Shown in pieces: positions 1-11,179 of a stretch of DNA of 64,000 nt; positions within the stretch are counted from its first letter, which is position 1; each line of letters starts with the position of its first letter. Under the pieces are notes generated by a model. That model ran no database searches and was not told where the DNA came from. It saw nothing but the letters and a program-made list of their open reading frames with translations. The position numbers and the translations under genes are program-made. The stretch is from a virus. The stretch lies in IMG/VR virus record IMGVR_UViG_3300030103_004816. The stretch is one strand, 5' to 3'.

Positions 1-211
1 CAAGAGTAATAGAACAACCTTCTATAATTGTTCCCTCTTTATAGATATTATTACCAAATCTTTCAACTTGGTTTTGCAATATTGTTTGAAGCTGCGTAAG
101 TTCTCTTGCTTGTAATGCTACAGCAGGTTTAAAAAGTACTCGCTGGAACTTTTTATCTTCATCGTGATCATCGTAATATGGACTTACGTTGAAATTTGTT
201 TCTAAACTCAT
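1..211 (-). CDS. VrlC-like (DUF4815) virion structural protein, N-terminal part only (runs off the window)
   Basis: Manual translation MSLETNFNVSPYYDDHDEDKKFQRVLFKPAVALQARELTQLQTILQNQVERFG matches the typical DUF4815 N-terminus; lies downstream of gp8. Confidence 0.85.
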   Translation of the reverse strand, partial: MSLETNFNVSPYYDDHDEDKKFQRVLFKPAVALQARELTQLQTILQNQVERFGNNIYKEGTIIEGCSITL

Positions 212-219
212 CTACTACC

Positions 220-2472
220 CTAAAATTTTAATATTAATTTAAATGTTTCTGTCTGGTTATTGTCTCTAGATACAGCAGAAATGTTCTCTTTATAAATTAT
301 TTCTCCTGAACCGTCTTTTAATTCTGGTAAAGTTACTTCAGTTAGTTTAAACTGTGCAGCACTATTAGCTCCTGATAAATATTTATCACCCCCAGATACA
401 TCAGACAATAAGAAGTTATTTCTAACATCAGTTAATTCAATATTACCATCTGATGTGCCAGGATGCGATAGAACAAAGCCAGTTGCTAATGATTCAGCTT
501 GGCTTACTTGCTCATCTTCTATAAGTCCATTACCAGCTGTTCCTGAATAAGAAACATTAGCAGCGAACTTATGTGTTTGTCTAAATGTGCTTGTTGGTTG
601 TGAAACTGCGCTTAAAGTAGCATTACCTCCAGTAAAGGTTATAGTCTCACTAGAATTAAAATAACCTCTTATATCTTTCACATTTATTTTTGATGCATCA
701 ATAGATACAATTGTTGCTGTTGCATTACTTGTACCACCTGTTACTGTTAAACCTGAACTCATAGCTGCTGTATTAGCTGAAAAAGTTAAAATACCATTAG
801 CAAATAATGGATCTTTTAATAAACCTATTTCTCTAAAATCATTATTAGCAATTAGAGTTCCGCTTTCAGTATTAGCTAATGAAACGCTAATACCTATTTT
901 ATTACCAAACAGTTCAGTAAGATTATTTGATCCGTGCCCATTAGGTGGTGATATTACTGCTCGTGCGGCAGCTGTAGTGGTCAAAAAACTATTCGAAACT
1001 GCATTGGTTACAAAACCTGTGTTACCTTGAATACTTACATTTGCATAAGTATAACCTGTGCCAACATTTATTACTTCTACATTTGCAACTACGTTAGCAT
1101 TTAATAAATCGTTTACTCTTGCTCTAGCTACTGCTCCTGATCCATCACCTGTTATTATAACTTGAGGGCTTATAGAAAATTTACTATCTGAGGCTAAAGC
1201 TGTACTTAGTTCTGAAGCTAGTAAAACTCTTTTTTCGTTTGCTGTAACAATGTATTCGTCAATAATACCTATTTGTCCAGCACCTGTTCCTGATTCAACA
1301 TAAAAAGCTGAACCTTTATAAAAATCTGTATTTGAAGATAACTTATCACCTATTTGTGTTACTGCAGTAACGCTTTTCTTAGTAGTAGATGAAGTTCCTG
1401 TAATTTCGTCTGTTGCATCTATAACACCTTTTATAGATGATACGGTAAGATGACTACTATTTGAATCTATAACTATTCCATTCGCTGTTCCTAAGCTTGC
1501 TAAAATTGAAGCTGCTGCTGTATTAGTTGAACTACTAACTGTAACTGTAGGAGTTCCTGAATGTGATTTACCTTTAGTTAATAAATTTACTCCAGTAATA
1601 GCTCCAGCTCCATCTACTGATGTAATTTCAGCTGTTGCAACAGTTGTGGCAGTTCCAGTAATAGCAATAGTATCTGAAGTAGTAAATCCAGCACCACCGT
1701 CAATAATTCTCAACCCATTAACGAATGATGTAGTTACTTCTTCTTTAACAAACCCTGAGGTACTTCCAACGTTTAAAACAGTACTAGTAGTTCCTGATAA
1801 AGCTATAAGTTTATTATCACCTGCTACACCATATTGAGTAACAAACCCATTAGCATAACTTGAATAATTATTACCTCCATCAGTTACTTTAATAACTTGA
1901 ATAGATCCATCTATAGCACTTGTAGTTACTGATGCATTAGCAACTACTGGTATAAATTCGGATGTAGCAAATTTATCAAAAGTAGATTGTGGAATAGTAT
2001 ACATATACTTCCACTGATAACCATCTGATGATGTAATATAAATTGTATCATTTGCATTAGTTTCAGTTAATGATGGAGGCTGAGTAGATTTAGCCCCATA
2101 ATTATTATCAATAACTTTAAATACATTATAATTAGAAGTTTCTTGCCTTACTACAAAATAATCTGTTTCATCTAAATGTGCAGTTGTATCATCATACATA
2201 GCATATTCAGTACCACTTGACCAGTCTTTTCTTTTAACCATATGAGTTACATCAACATCATTTATCTTTTTACCACCAATCATATTTCTATATGATTCAT
2301 AATGAACTGCATTTACTGATTCTTCAAAAGCGGGAGTAGTATCTCCATCAGGAAACGGAGTATGTTTACCATAATAAAGATATAAAATTGTATTAGCAGG
2401 TTCAGTTATAGATTCTTTAAACTGTTCTGCGCTAGAAACTTTAAAATTATTTGTTATAAAACTATGTGGCAT
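220..2472 (-). CDS. gp8: Baseplate wedge subunit gp8 (extended)
   Basis: Motifs WSSGTEYAMYDD, YNVFKVIDNN, DGYQWKYMYTI and C-terminal GEIIYKENISAVSR..QTETFKLILKF. Confidence 0.85.
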   Translation of the reverse strand: MPHSFITNNFKVSSAEQFKESITEPANTILYLYYGKHTPFPDGDTTPAFEESVNAVHYESYRNMIGGKKINDVDVTHMVKRKDWSSGTEYAMYDDTTAHLDETDYFVVRQETSNYNVFKVIDNNYGAKSTQPPSLTETNANDTIYITSSDGYQWKYMYTIPQSTFDKFATSEFIPVVANASVTTSAIDGSIQVIKVTDGGNNYSSYANGFVTQYGVAGDNKLIALSGTTSTVLNVGSTSGFVKEEVTTSFVNGLRIIDGGAGFTTSDTIAITGTATTVATAEITSVDGAGAITGVNLLTKGKSHSGTPTVTVSSSTNTAAASILASLGTANGIVIDSNSSHLTVSSIKGVIDATDEITGTSSTTKKSVTAVTQIGDKLSSNTDFYKGSAFYVESGTGAGQIGIIDEYIVTANEKRVLLASELSTALASDSKFSISPQVIITGDGSGAVARARVNDLLNANVVANVEVINVGTGYTYANVSIQGNTGFVTNAVSNSFLTTTAAARAVISPPNGHGSNNLTELFGNKIGISVSLANTESGTLIANNDFREIGLLKDPLFANGILTFSANTAAMSSGLTVTGGTSNATATIVSIDASKINVKDIRGYFNSSETITFTGGNATLSAVSQPTSTFRQTHKFAANVSYSGTAGNGLIEDEQVSQAESLATGFVLSHPGTSDGNIELTDVRNNFLLSDVSGGDKYLSGANSAAQFKLTEVTLPELKDGSGEIIYKENISAVSRDNNQTETFKLILKF

Positions 2473-2473
2473 A

Positions 2474-5400
2474 TTAACTCGTTGTTATTGTTGCATTCGC
2501 TGCTTGCATTGCCAGCGTATCTGATTCTCTTATTTTTACTACTTCACCAAATAACTTGGTACCTGATACGTGTAATATTTCTTTTAACTGCTCTTGATAT
2601 TTAGCTAACGCTATACCAGTTCTAACAACATAAGAGTATTCTTGGTAATAATCACTATCTTGTATTTTAGATACATCACCAATAAAGCTTACTCTATCTC
2701 TCCATTGACCTTCTCCTACTCCTTGCTTACCTGTTTGAGCAGTTCCAGTTACAATAAAAGGTGTGTCATCATTTTGTAATTGAACTATAGCATTTGCTTC
2801 ATAACCATACCCTGAATTTATAACCTCTAAGTTAGAAGCAACTCCATTTGCAGTTATAACTGTTGCATTAACTACAGCATTTAAACCAATAGGTAAAGTT
2901 GTATCGTCTTGATAAGCAAATAGTACATCAGCAGTAGCTCCAGAAGTTGCTCCTGTTAAAGAAGCTCCTGAAGAGAATGCTTGACCAAATTTTAATCTTC
3001 TTATCTTTACCTGCTCAACATTATTTACTGTTGATAGGGACTTATATGTTCCTGTAGCTATAGCACTTATAGTAGTAGCGGCAACTCCTGATGAATCTGG
3101 ATTTATAGCTGCATTAGAAGAAAGAGTTATTATATCTGTTGCATCATTAAATGTACCAACTGGATTAGAAATAGTAATATGTGTAGCATTGGAAGTTTCA
3201 ATAACTCCAGTAGCATTAGTTGCTGCTTGAGAAACACCTTCTCCTACTGCAATAGGTGTGCCTCCATCTAAAGTAATATTACCACTATGAGCTACTGAGA
3301 AGCCTCCTAATGATAAAGTTTGAGAAAGAGCTTCACCTTCTATAAATAAACCATTTCTATTTCCAATAACACATATTATATCTCTTCTATTAAATCCTGC
3401 TACGTAAGGATTATGAGCTAGAGGTACTGGATCTAAATTATATCCGCTTCCTGGGTTAATAAAGTTTAATGATTCTATAGTACCTATAGTAAACGTACTA
3501 AATGTTAATGCATTATATAATATTGTTGTTAAATCGGCTGAACCTGATTTAGGTAGCCCATAACCAAAATCCATATTAACTGAAACTGATGCGCCTGAGC
3601 CTGTTGATGTATTAATAACTATTGAAGCATTAGCATCATATTCAGTGCCTGGTTCGTTTACAGTAATACTATGAACTGAACCTGAATTAGATGCATTAGC
3701 AGAAAATACTCCTGTAGCTGTCACGTTAGGAGCTCCTCCACTAAAAGTAACAGTATCAGACGGAGCATAACCTGTACCTGCTAATAAAGTAGAATTAGCA
3801 ACATTGGCAAAAGCATTTACACCTTCGTTAGTAATAGTTCTACCATTCGTAAATGCACCATTAGCTAAGTTTCTTACTATAATATGATTTGTATTAGGTA
3901 CTGATTTTATATTACCAACTGCACCTATTGAATTACCTGAAGCTCTCATTTTTGCTTTTAGTACAGCAGAAGAACCTCCTGATGTATTAATAGTTACTGC
4001 TGGTACGCTTTGATAATCTATACCGTTATTAGATATTTCAACACCTTGAACTCCACCACTATTATCTGTAACTATATTAGCTACAGCTGTAGTACCTGGA
4101 CTGCCGCCAGTAAAAGTTACGGTATCTGAATTACTATAACCAGAACCTACAGTAGTTACATGAATACTATTAACAACTATGTTAGCTTCAAAAATATAAT
4201 CACCAGCAGCAAAAGTACCATTCGCTGCAAAAGGCATTCCTGAATTAGCTTTAGCATTTATACCTATTGAAGTATCAACTATAACTGAATCTACAAAACC
4301 TATTCCTGAATTAGATCCGTTAACATGTACTGTTGAAGTTGGTTGTGGATTAGCTGCTGTATTATTTGCTCCTATTATATCAGTAAATAAGGAAAGAGTT
4401 TCTTGAGTACCTAAAGCTCCTACTTCAAAATCACCGCCTATACCTGTACCTGTGTTAGCAATATTAGCGTATGTATTACTTGTTACTCCTACTACAAATG
4501 CCTTTGTACCTTTAATAAACGGTTTATTATTAGCATTTAAGCCTATAACATTAGCAGACTCTCTAGTCTCTCTTCCAATAAATTCACCTGAAGCTGTTGC
4601 ATTAACTACAGAAGAAATAGCTACATTACTTGCTACATTACTTATAGCTCCTACTCTAATAAAATCAGCATCAGTAAAATCGCCGTTAGCTATTTGAATA
4701 GTTACAGTATTACCTACACCTGATGCAACCCAGAATCCGTTAGCTATTGCAGTATTAGAAGCAATATTAATTCCTATTAATAAACTTCCGCTATTAGCAG
4801 CAGTAACAAAAGCAGTATTTGACATACCGGCATTCCAACTTACATTGGCTAAAGGTTGTTGTACAGTTTCAAATAGAAAAAAATCTTCTCTATCTACATT
4901 TGCGTTTACAGTATTTTCTACTACTATAGTAGCGTTAGAAGAAAGAGTTCTTGTAAAATTGTTTGAGACAGTATAACCGTATCCTCCGTTAGCTAACTCA
5001 TAGTCAACTTTACCAGTAGCATCTTGTACCCCTGTAACTTTTGCTTTACCGTCTTTACCTGTAGATGATATTACATTAAATGTATCTCCAACACTAAATA
5101 ACCTTCCACCGTTAGTTATACTAATATTAGTTAAAGAACCAACCATTTTAGGCGCATCATCTATTTGGCCATCATCGCTAATGAATTCACCTGTCTGAAA
5201 ATTACCTACTACATTAGATAAGAAAGCTAAGGTTAATCTCTTACCACTTATTACCTTTGTAATAACTGATTCAACAAAAGCTGTAGCATTTGAACTAGAG
5301 CCTATTACTTCTTTACCAATAAATGTTTTCGTTCTTTCTGATGGAGATAATTCTAGATAAACAGGCTTTGTAAATGAGCTTTGTGATGGTATTAATACTC

Positions 5401-5770
5401 TAGAACTCGGTAGAAAAACTTCAATCTCTTGACCGAATAACATTCTAATTAAAAGCTCTATAGAACGTATACTACCTTTAGATTGATAAAGATCACTTAT
5501 ATGCTTTATCATGAATCTTTCATCTGATTCAGTTGATAATTGAGTTCCTTGCAAGAAAGTCTTTTTAAAATGAATTATAAAATCAGAGACGGAGTCATCA
5601 ATATCTCTATTATTTTTTAAATTACGTAATACTTTAGTTGTTTGACCTGATGTTTCTAGCCATTCATAATAAGCTAAAACAAACTGAACAATCTCAGAAT
5701 TTGATTCTCTAAAAATTTCAGGAAATTGATCTTCTATAAAATTAGAAATAAACTCAGGATTATCAAGCAT
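2474..5770 (-). CDS. gp7: Baseplate wedge initiator gp7-like
   Basis: N-terminal QFPE..YYEWLE and LYQSKGS; C-terminal KIQDSDYYQEYSYV..HVSGTKLFG; lies between gp6 and gp8; internal GxGY beta-repeat modules. Confidence 0.75.
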   Translation of the reverse strand: MLDNPEFISNFIEDQFPEIFRESNSEIVQFVLAYYEWLETSGQTTKVLRNLKNNRDIDDSVSDFIIHFKKTFLQGTQLSTESDERFMIKHISDLYQSKGSIRSIELLIRMLFGQEIEVFLPSSRVLIPSQSSFTKPVYLELSPSERTKTFIGKEVIGSSSNATAFVESVITKVISGKRLTLAFLSNVVGNFQTGEFISDDGQIDDAPKMVGSLTNISITNGGRLFSVGDTFNVISSTGKDGKAKVTGVQDATGKVDYELANGGYGYTVSNNFTRTLSSNATIVVENTVNANVDREDFFLFETVQQPLANVSWNAGMSNTAFVTAANSGSLLIGINIASNTAIANGFWVASGVGNTVTIQIANGDFTDADFIRVGAISNVASNVAISSVVNATASGEFIGRETRESANVIGLNANNKPFIKGTKAFVVGVTSNTYANIANTGTGIGGDFEVGALGTQETLSLFTDIIGANNTAANPQPTSTVHVNGSNSGIGFVDSVIVDTSIGINAKANSGMPFAANGTFAAGDYIFEANIVVNSIHVTTVGSGYSNSDTVTFTGGSPGTTAVANIVTDNSGGVQGVEISNNGIDYQSVPAVTINTSGGSSAVLKAKMRASGNSIGAVGNIKSVPNTNHIIVRNLANGAFTNGRTITNEGVNAFANVANSTLLAGTGYAPSDTVTFSGGAPNVTATGVFSANASNSGSVHSITVNEPGTEYDANASIVINTSTGSGASVSVNMDFGYGLPKSGSADLTTILYNALTFSTFTIGTIESLNFINPGSGYNLDPVPLAHNPYVAGFNRRDIICVIGNRNGLFIEGEALSQTLSLGGFSVAHSGNITLDGGTPIAVGEGVSQAATNATGVIETSNATHITISNPVGTFNDATDIITLSSNAAINPDSSGVAATTISAIATGTYKSLSTVNNVEQVKIRRLKFGQAFSSGASLTGATSGATADVLFAYQDDTTLPIGLNAVVNATVITANGVASNLEVINSGYGYEANAIVQLQNDDTPFIVTGTAQTGKQGVGEGQWRDRVSFIGDVSKIQDSDYYQEYSYVVRTGIALAKYQEQLKEILHVSGTKLFGEVVKIRESDTLAMQAANATITTS

Positions 5771-7587
5771 TATAATCTCTCTTGATTAACGTTTAAAATA
5801 ATATCTTCAGAATTAAGTTGTAGTATTGTTGCTTGTTTACTATTTAAATCTTTATTTTTAGCTCTTGCAAATATTTTTAAAACTCCACCACTGAATGATG
5901 GAATTAGAACTGAGTTAATTTCTACTTTACCAGTTGTATAATTTACAGAACCTGCATCGGCTAATAGTTCAACAAATTTATTTTGAGTATCTAACTTAAC
6001 TATTTTTAATTTTCCTGCTCCATCATCAACAAAAAACGCATTAGTATCTGTTAAGTAAGTAAATAATGTAGACTCAACTGCTGGAAGGTATAAAGATTTA
6101 GATGTAGAGCTGTTAAATAAATCGTCTGGATTTAGCTCATTATCAAAATTAAATTCATAAGATGCTGGTAGAGTTGAACTAGGAGTTAATTTTTTAAATA
6201 ACCTAATATTTAATTGAGAAGATAATATGCTTGTATCGCTATCATCCATAGAATTAAGTGCTTTTGAATTTCTATACTTAGCATTAAAAGAATTAATACT
6301 CGTATTAGCATAACTTAATAAAGCATTCTGTGCTTTTGTTTTTATAGTTGATGCATTCTGAGTTGTTACAGATATATCATAACTTACATCACTTACAACT
6401 TCAAGAAAAGTAAATTCAGGCTGAACTACTTCTACGTCAATACCGACAGGTGTTCTTTTAGTAAAGAAATCTGTTATTGATGACTTAGTAGAAGCTGGTA
6501 CACCATCTGCATCTTTCATATCAACTGCTAAAATGACTTTACCATAGCGAGGAGGAGACATTTCTTCTCCACCAAATGCTAAAATATTTTGTATATTAGG
6601 AAACTCTCTCTTACCTAAAATTTCATAGTCATTACTAGTAACCGCTCTTTCTTGTACTTGGAAAGCTTTAGGAGCATTTTTTCTTATGCTTTCTATATCT
6701 TCTGCTGGAGCTCCTCCGCTTGAATTAGATACTGTCGTTACTACAACGTTACCGTACTTATTAGAAACAAGGTCAGTATTAGTAAATATTTTACCATTAT
6801 TACCATCTTCTTTACTTGAAACTCTATACTTAACTTTTACTATATTGCCTAATACAGGCTTCTTACCAAATATACCATCACCAAATGTTACTCTAAATCT
6901 GTTCCCTTTAGAAGGTTCTATGAAATAATTATTAGAAGAAGCTGTTAGCCCAAATAATGTATCAGCTTTAGACCATATAGCATTTACTGTACTTGTATTT
7001 GAAACTCTTACATTTACCTCTAAACTATCTGTATCAACAAGAGAGTTAGAAATAGTGGCAGTAAAATTATTAGCGCTAGTTACAGGAAAAAATTCTTCAA
7101 TTATATTTCCTTCATATATTTCTATTGTATCACTTATCCACGTAGCATTGCCATTTGCATCTTCTGATTTAGTAATAATAGTATCACTATCTAAAGAAAA
7201 CGTTTTATTTTTTCCATTTATACCTGAAGTAAATCTATGCCATTTATTTAAAGATACGGTCCCTGGATCATCATTAGGATAAACTCTTATTGTAACTTCA
7301 GCTCTTGCTGCAGATGCTGATCGAGGAACATAATTTAATTCTTTAGCATGAGATACGATACTGTCCCTAATCAATGCTGTATCTAAAAACATCTCATTAG
7401 CAATCATATTAGTATAAAAATTATTTAAATAAGTATTATATGCAAGAACATCAAGCAAGGTACTAATATTAGAACCTTCAAAGTCATAATCTTTAATATT
7501 ATTCTGACTACTTAAAAAAATCTTTAAATTATTTTTAATTGTATCGAAATCTAAATCAACTACTGATGTTGCTGTATTTGCTGCCAT
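5770..7587 (-). CDS. gp6: Baseplate wedge subunit gp6
   Basis: LDFDTIKNNL..DYDFEGS..LLDVLAYNT and RAVTSNDY motifs. Confidence 0.92.
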   Translation of the reverse strand: MAANTATSVVDLDFDTIKNNLKIFLSSQNNIKDYDFEGSNISTLLDVLAYNTYLNNFYTNMIANEMFLDTALIRDSIVSHAKELNYVPRSASAARAEVTIRVYPNDDPGTVSLNKWHRFTSGINGKNKTFSLDSDTIITKSEDANGNATWISDTIEIYEGNIIEEFFPVTSANNFTATISNSLVDTDSLEVNVRVSNTSTVNAIWSKADTLFGLTASSNNYFIEPSKGNRFRVTFGDGIFGKKPVLGNIVKVKYRVSSKEDGNNGKIFTNTDLVSNKYGNVVVTTVSNSSGGAPAEDIESIRKNAPKAFQVQERAVTSNDYEILGKREFPNIQNILAFGGEEMSPPRYGKVILAVDMKDADGVPASTKSSITDFFTKRTPVGIDVEVVQPEFTFLEVVSDVSYDISVTTQNASTIKTKAQNALLSYANTSINSFNAKYRNSKALNSMDDSDTSILSSQLNIRLFKKLTPSSTLPASYEFNFDNELNPDDLFNSSTSKSLYLPAVESTLFTYLTDTNAFFVDDGAGKLKIVKLDTQNKFVELLADAGSVNYTTGKVEINSVLIPSFSGGVLKIFARAKNKDLNSKQATILQLNSEDIILNVNQERL

Positions 7588-7988
7588 TATCGTACCCTAT
7601 CTAAAACTATATTGAATGTTGATGGCTTTTCGGCATTCATTGCCATAAATGTAATATAAACATTTAACGAATGTCTATCTTCGTCATTTTCTACTATTAT
7701 ATCAATTATATCAGCCCTCGGTTCAAAGTTTTCTATTGTTTCTCTTATTGCTTCTTTTACGTTATAACTAGTATGAGGTGTAGCTAATTCAAATAAAAGA
7801 TCTTTAATATTTGAACCTAAATTAGGTTGCATTAACCTTTCATAAAAATTAGTTTGTAATAAATTTTTTATTGATTGTTCGATAGCCGCTTCATTAGTTA
7901 TAGTTAACACATCATCATTAGCAGGATTAACTGCTAAATCAGATCTTAAGTCTGAATAAAATATTTGTGAAGTTTGTGTTGTAGCCAT
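7587..7988 (-). CDS. gp25: Baseplate wedge subunit gp25
   Basis: AIEQSIKNLLQT..ERLMQPNLGS..IENFEPR motif. Confidence 0.9.
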   Translation of the reverse strand: MATTQTSQIFYSDLRSDLAVNPANDDVLTITNEAAIEQSIKNLLQTNFYERLMQPNLGSNIKDLLFELATPHTSYNVKEAIRETIENFEPRADIIDIIVENDEDRHSLNVYITFMAMNAEKPSTFNIVLDRVR

Positions 7989-8011
7989 ATTTTTATTTAT
8001 CTTACGTTGAT

Positions 8012-8695
8012 TTATTCACTGTTAATATTAATCTTTAATTGATCTAACTCTTGCTGATTGTCCTTTTTAATTATAAAGCCGTTTTTTAAATCAATAGTAA
8101 CTTTTTGTGCTTCCAAAGTCTCTTTAAATGTATTAGTGGTCTTTTGAAGTTCAACTACACTTATTGGAGACATTTGAACTTCTTCTACTTCTTCTGCATC
8201 TTTTTCTGGTGCAGTTACTGGAACACCTTTAGTTACAAATTTACCACCTATTTTTTGTATATCAGGTACTTCCTTACATAAGTTATCTTTAGTTATTTTA
8301 CCGCTAAGAATATCTGCTTTAAGTTGAGTTAGATCTTCATTAGGAAATTTTTCATCTAAACTTTCTAAATTTACTTTAGCCTGAGCAACTTCTAATGGAT
8401 CTTTGCTATTTAGTTTATCGAGTATAGTATCAACTTCATTCTGTAAACTTAAAGTTGGTAGTTTAAGTTCAGGTAATTTTAATTCTGGTAGAGTTAATTC
8501 AGGAAATTCTATTTCAGGTATCATTTCTTTAATACTACCTGCTATTTCATTCATAGCAGCATCAGCTTCTGCTGCAAGATTATCTAAGCTGTCGAGAATA
8601 CCATCAGCACCAGATTTCAAATCATTAATTTTTTCTTTAGCTTTTTCTTGAAGCTGTCCTAATTTTAATAATCCTTTACCTGGTCCACAACTCAT
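8012..8695 (-). CDS. Hypothetical protein (PELKL-repeat, helical)
   Basis: Tightly packed ORF in the structural operon. Confidence 0.6.
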   Translation of the reverse strand: MSCGPGKGLLKLGQLQEKAKEKINDLKSGADGILDSLDNLAAEADAAMNEIAGSIKEMIPEIEFPELTLPELKLPELKLPTLSLQNEVDTILDKLNSKDPLEVAQAKVNLESLDEKFPNEDLTQLKADILSGKITKDNLCKEVPDIQKIGGKFVTKGVPVTAPEKDAEEVEEVQMSPISVVELQKTTNTFKETLEAQKVTIDLKNGFIIKKDNQQELDQLKININSE

Positions 8696-8696
8696 G

Positions 8697-9689
8697 TTAT
8701 CTACCTAATAATTGAGCAACTACTTTTATTTGCGAGTTAGCTCTTGTCTGATTAACGTATAATCTTATATTACCGCTATCTGAATTAGTTGAAAATGAAC
8801 CTAGATCAGCATGCGACTTAATTGTTTTTATTTCTTGTATTTTACTATTTGCATTAGCATCTGAAGCCCCGCTATCAGATTCATACCCGCCTACTATTAC
8901 CATTTTTTCTATATGCGAGTCATTTTTATGAGGAGTAGACGCAACATTTGAGCTATTAATAGATACCATTACTTCACCACCAGAATAAGTAGCATGGGCA
9001 AATTCTAATATTAAATGATCTGCTGAAGTATCAGTACCTAAGTTATTATTAGAGGCAGTCAATATAGTCATTACTCCTCCAAATTGATTTCCAGTAGAAG
9101 CAGTTAAATATGTAGAACTATCTACGCTTCCATCAGCTTTTAAAAACTCAGAAGATGTTCCGCCTTGTTTAATAATAGCTGCAGATGTAACATTACCAGT
9201 TATAGTAGTATCACCTGAGACTGCTAAATCATCTGATGCAGTTACATTTCCTGATAAAGTAGAGATACCACTTACAGTTAACGCTCCAGTAATATCTAAA
9301 GGCTTATTCATAGTCCATTTAGTACCACTATGGGAATAATTAAAAGTAGCAGAAGCTCCATCTACTGTAAGACCTGCTCCATCAGCAGCAGCGCTATCAG
9401 CTGCATCTTTAGCAACTGTAATATTTTTATCTGTAACATCTAAAGTTGCTGAATTAACTGTAGTTGTAGTTCCTTGTACTGTCAAGTTACCAGATATTAA
9501 AGTATTACCAGCAACAGTTAAAGTACCATCTGTATTAATAGATGTAGCAGTTATTTCAGTATTGACTGATGAATTACCAACAACTAATGAATTATTAGAA
9601 GGTACAGAATTTGCATTTGAATTAGATACAGATAAACCACCAACTTGTAGTGAGAATGTATTTCCTTCGTATAAGTGTTCTATTGCCAT
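8697..9689 (-). CDS. Putative virion structural / fibre-like protein
   Basis: Beta-rich GNLTVQGTTTTVNS..DKNI motif typical of myophage fibre proteins. Confidence 0.6.
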   Translation of the reverse strand: MAIEHLYEGNTFSLQVGGLSVSNSNANSVPSNNSLVVGNSSVNTEITATSINTDGTLTVAGNTLISGNLTVQGTTTTVNSATLDVTDKNITVAKDAADSAAADGAGLTVDGASATFNYSHSGTKWTMNKPLDITGALTVSGISTLSGNVTASDDLAVSGDTTITGNVTSAAIIKQGGTSSEFLKADGSVDSSTYLTASTGNQFGGVMTILTASNNNLGTDTSADHLILEFAHATYSGGEVMVSINSSNVASTPHKNDSHIEKMVIVGGYESDSGASDANANSKIQEIKTIKSHADLGSFSTNSDSGNIRLYVNQTRANSQIKVVAQLLGR

Positions 9690-11179
9690 TAGTTAGGTCC
9701 CGATGTTGTTCCAGCTCCAAGGCCTGTAGTATCAGTATGAGTATGTGAAGCACCTGACTTACCAGCAGATACATGGTCTGTAGTTGCTGTGGATGTACCA
9801 GTTATATTCATATCATTATTGATATTAGTTACTGCAGCAGTAACTCCTTGATTACCAACGATTGCCATAGTCTGATCTCCACCAACAGTAAACGATTGAT
9901 TATTACCAGCGTTTGCTTTCATATTTTCAATTGCTATTATTTTAACGTTTGCAGTTGCTTTTAGTGCAAAATTATTTGCTGAACCTATATTTAAATTATC
10001 TACATAAGCTATATCACCGGTCTTTTTACCTCTTAAAAAATCAGCACCGGCAAGATCAACTAATCTATCTCCAATTAAAGTAAATTGAGCATCTCCTGAT
10101 ATCGTTTCAGTATGAGTTTTACCAACTGTAATGGTTTCACTTCCCTTTATAGTACTAATATGATCTCCAGATATTGTAACTGAAGTATTACCATTTATTT
10201 GAGTTCCCGAGTCAGATATAACCTCTTTTATATCATTACCACCAATTTTTTGAATTTTATCTTTACCTACTGTAATAAAATGATTACCGGTAATTTCTTC
10301 GTACTTATCACCAGTAACTAATAATCTCATATTTCCTTCTATGGTTATATTACAATCACCAGTAATGCTTACATTTTTACCTTTAGCAATTATTTCATAA
10401 TCCTTTCCATATACTTTAGTTACTCTAGTTCCGTCTTCTGTTATTTCTTGATAATTACCACTAGCTCCATGCTCCATATTTATTCTTTGAGCTCCAGGAG
10501 TATCATCTACTTCAACTATAGTATTATTTTCTGATTCAAATACATGATTAAAAGGATATTGAGAAGGATATAAATAATCTGGATCATTACCAAATATTTG
10601 GTCAGGAGTAGGTTTAGCAAATCCTCTTGGATCAGGCTCACTCCAACTAGCATTTTCATAATCAACATTTGGCTTGTCTTCTTGAAGTTCTAATTTAGGT
10701 GCTTTAGCTGTTTTTCTGTTTTTAAATAGTTGAGCTCTTCTACGCTTTAAAGAAAATGTATCTTCAGCCTTAATATCTCTTGCTAGTCTACTTGAATCAG
10801 GTTCTTCTTTTTTAATAGGATATATTCCATTAGGATCTTTAAATGCTTTTTCTTTCTCAGCTTCTTCTTGAGGTATACCTGGTATACAACCTAATACCAT
10901 TGGCTTTTGATAAAACCCTTCATCAATAAAGAATCCTATTACCCAGGTACCTTCTATAATACCTGTTATAGGACCTCCTTTACCTGAGTTACTAGTCGAC
11001 ATAGGTGATTGAACTACAGTAGCCCATGGCAATTGCTCAGTTTTTAACTTACTTAAGTCATCAGTATGTACACCATAAAATCTTACTTTTACTCTACCAA
11101 TTTTTAAAGGGTCATTTCTATCTTCAACAACACCAAAATGCCATTGAAATGAAGTATAATCTATATCTCTTTTAGGCAC
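9689..11179 (-). CDS. gp5: Baseplate hub spike gp5 (OB-fold + beta-helix, no lysozyme domain evident)
   Basis: GVVEDRNDPLKIGRVKVR, YPFNHVFES, DDTPG; beta-helix repeats; C-terminal HTH apex motif (SHTHT). Confidence 0.88.
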   Translation of the reverse strand: MPKRDIDYTSFQWHFGVVEDRNDPLKIGRVKVRFYGVHTDDLSKLKTEQLPWATVVQSPMSTSNSGKGGPITGIIEGTWVIGFFIDEGFYQKPMVLGCIPGIPQEEAEKEKAFKDPNGIYPIKKEEPDSSRLARDIKAEDTFSLKRRRAQLFKNRKTAKAPKLELQEDKPNVDYENASWSEPDPRGFAKPTPDQIFGNDPDYLYPSQYPFNHVFESENNTIVEVDDTPGAQRINMEHGASGNYQEITEDGTRVTKVYGKDYEIIAKGKNVSITGDCNITIEGNMRLLVTGDKYEEITGNHFITVGKDKIQKIGGNDIKEVISDSGTQINGNTSVTISGDHISTIKGSETITVGKTHTETISGDAQFTLIGDRLVDLAGADFLRGKKTGDIAYVDNLNIGSANNFALKATANVKIIAIENMKANAGNNQSFTVGGDQTMAIVGNQGVTAAVTNINNDMNITGTSTATTDHVSAGKSGASHTHTDTTGLGAGTTSGPN

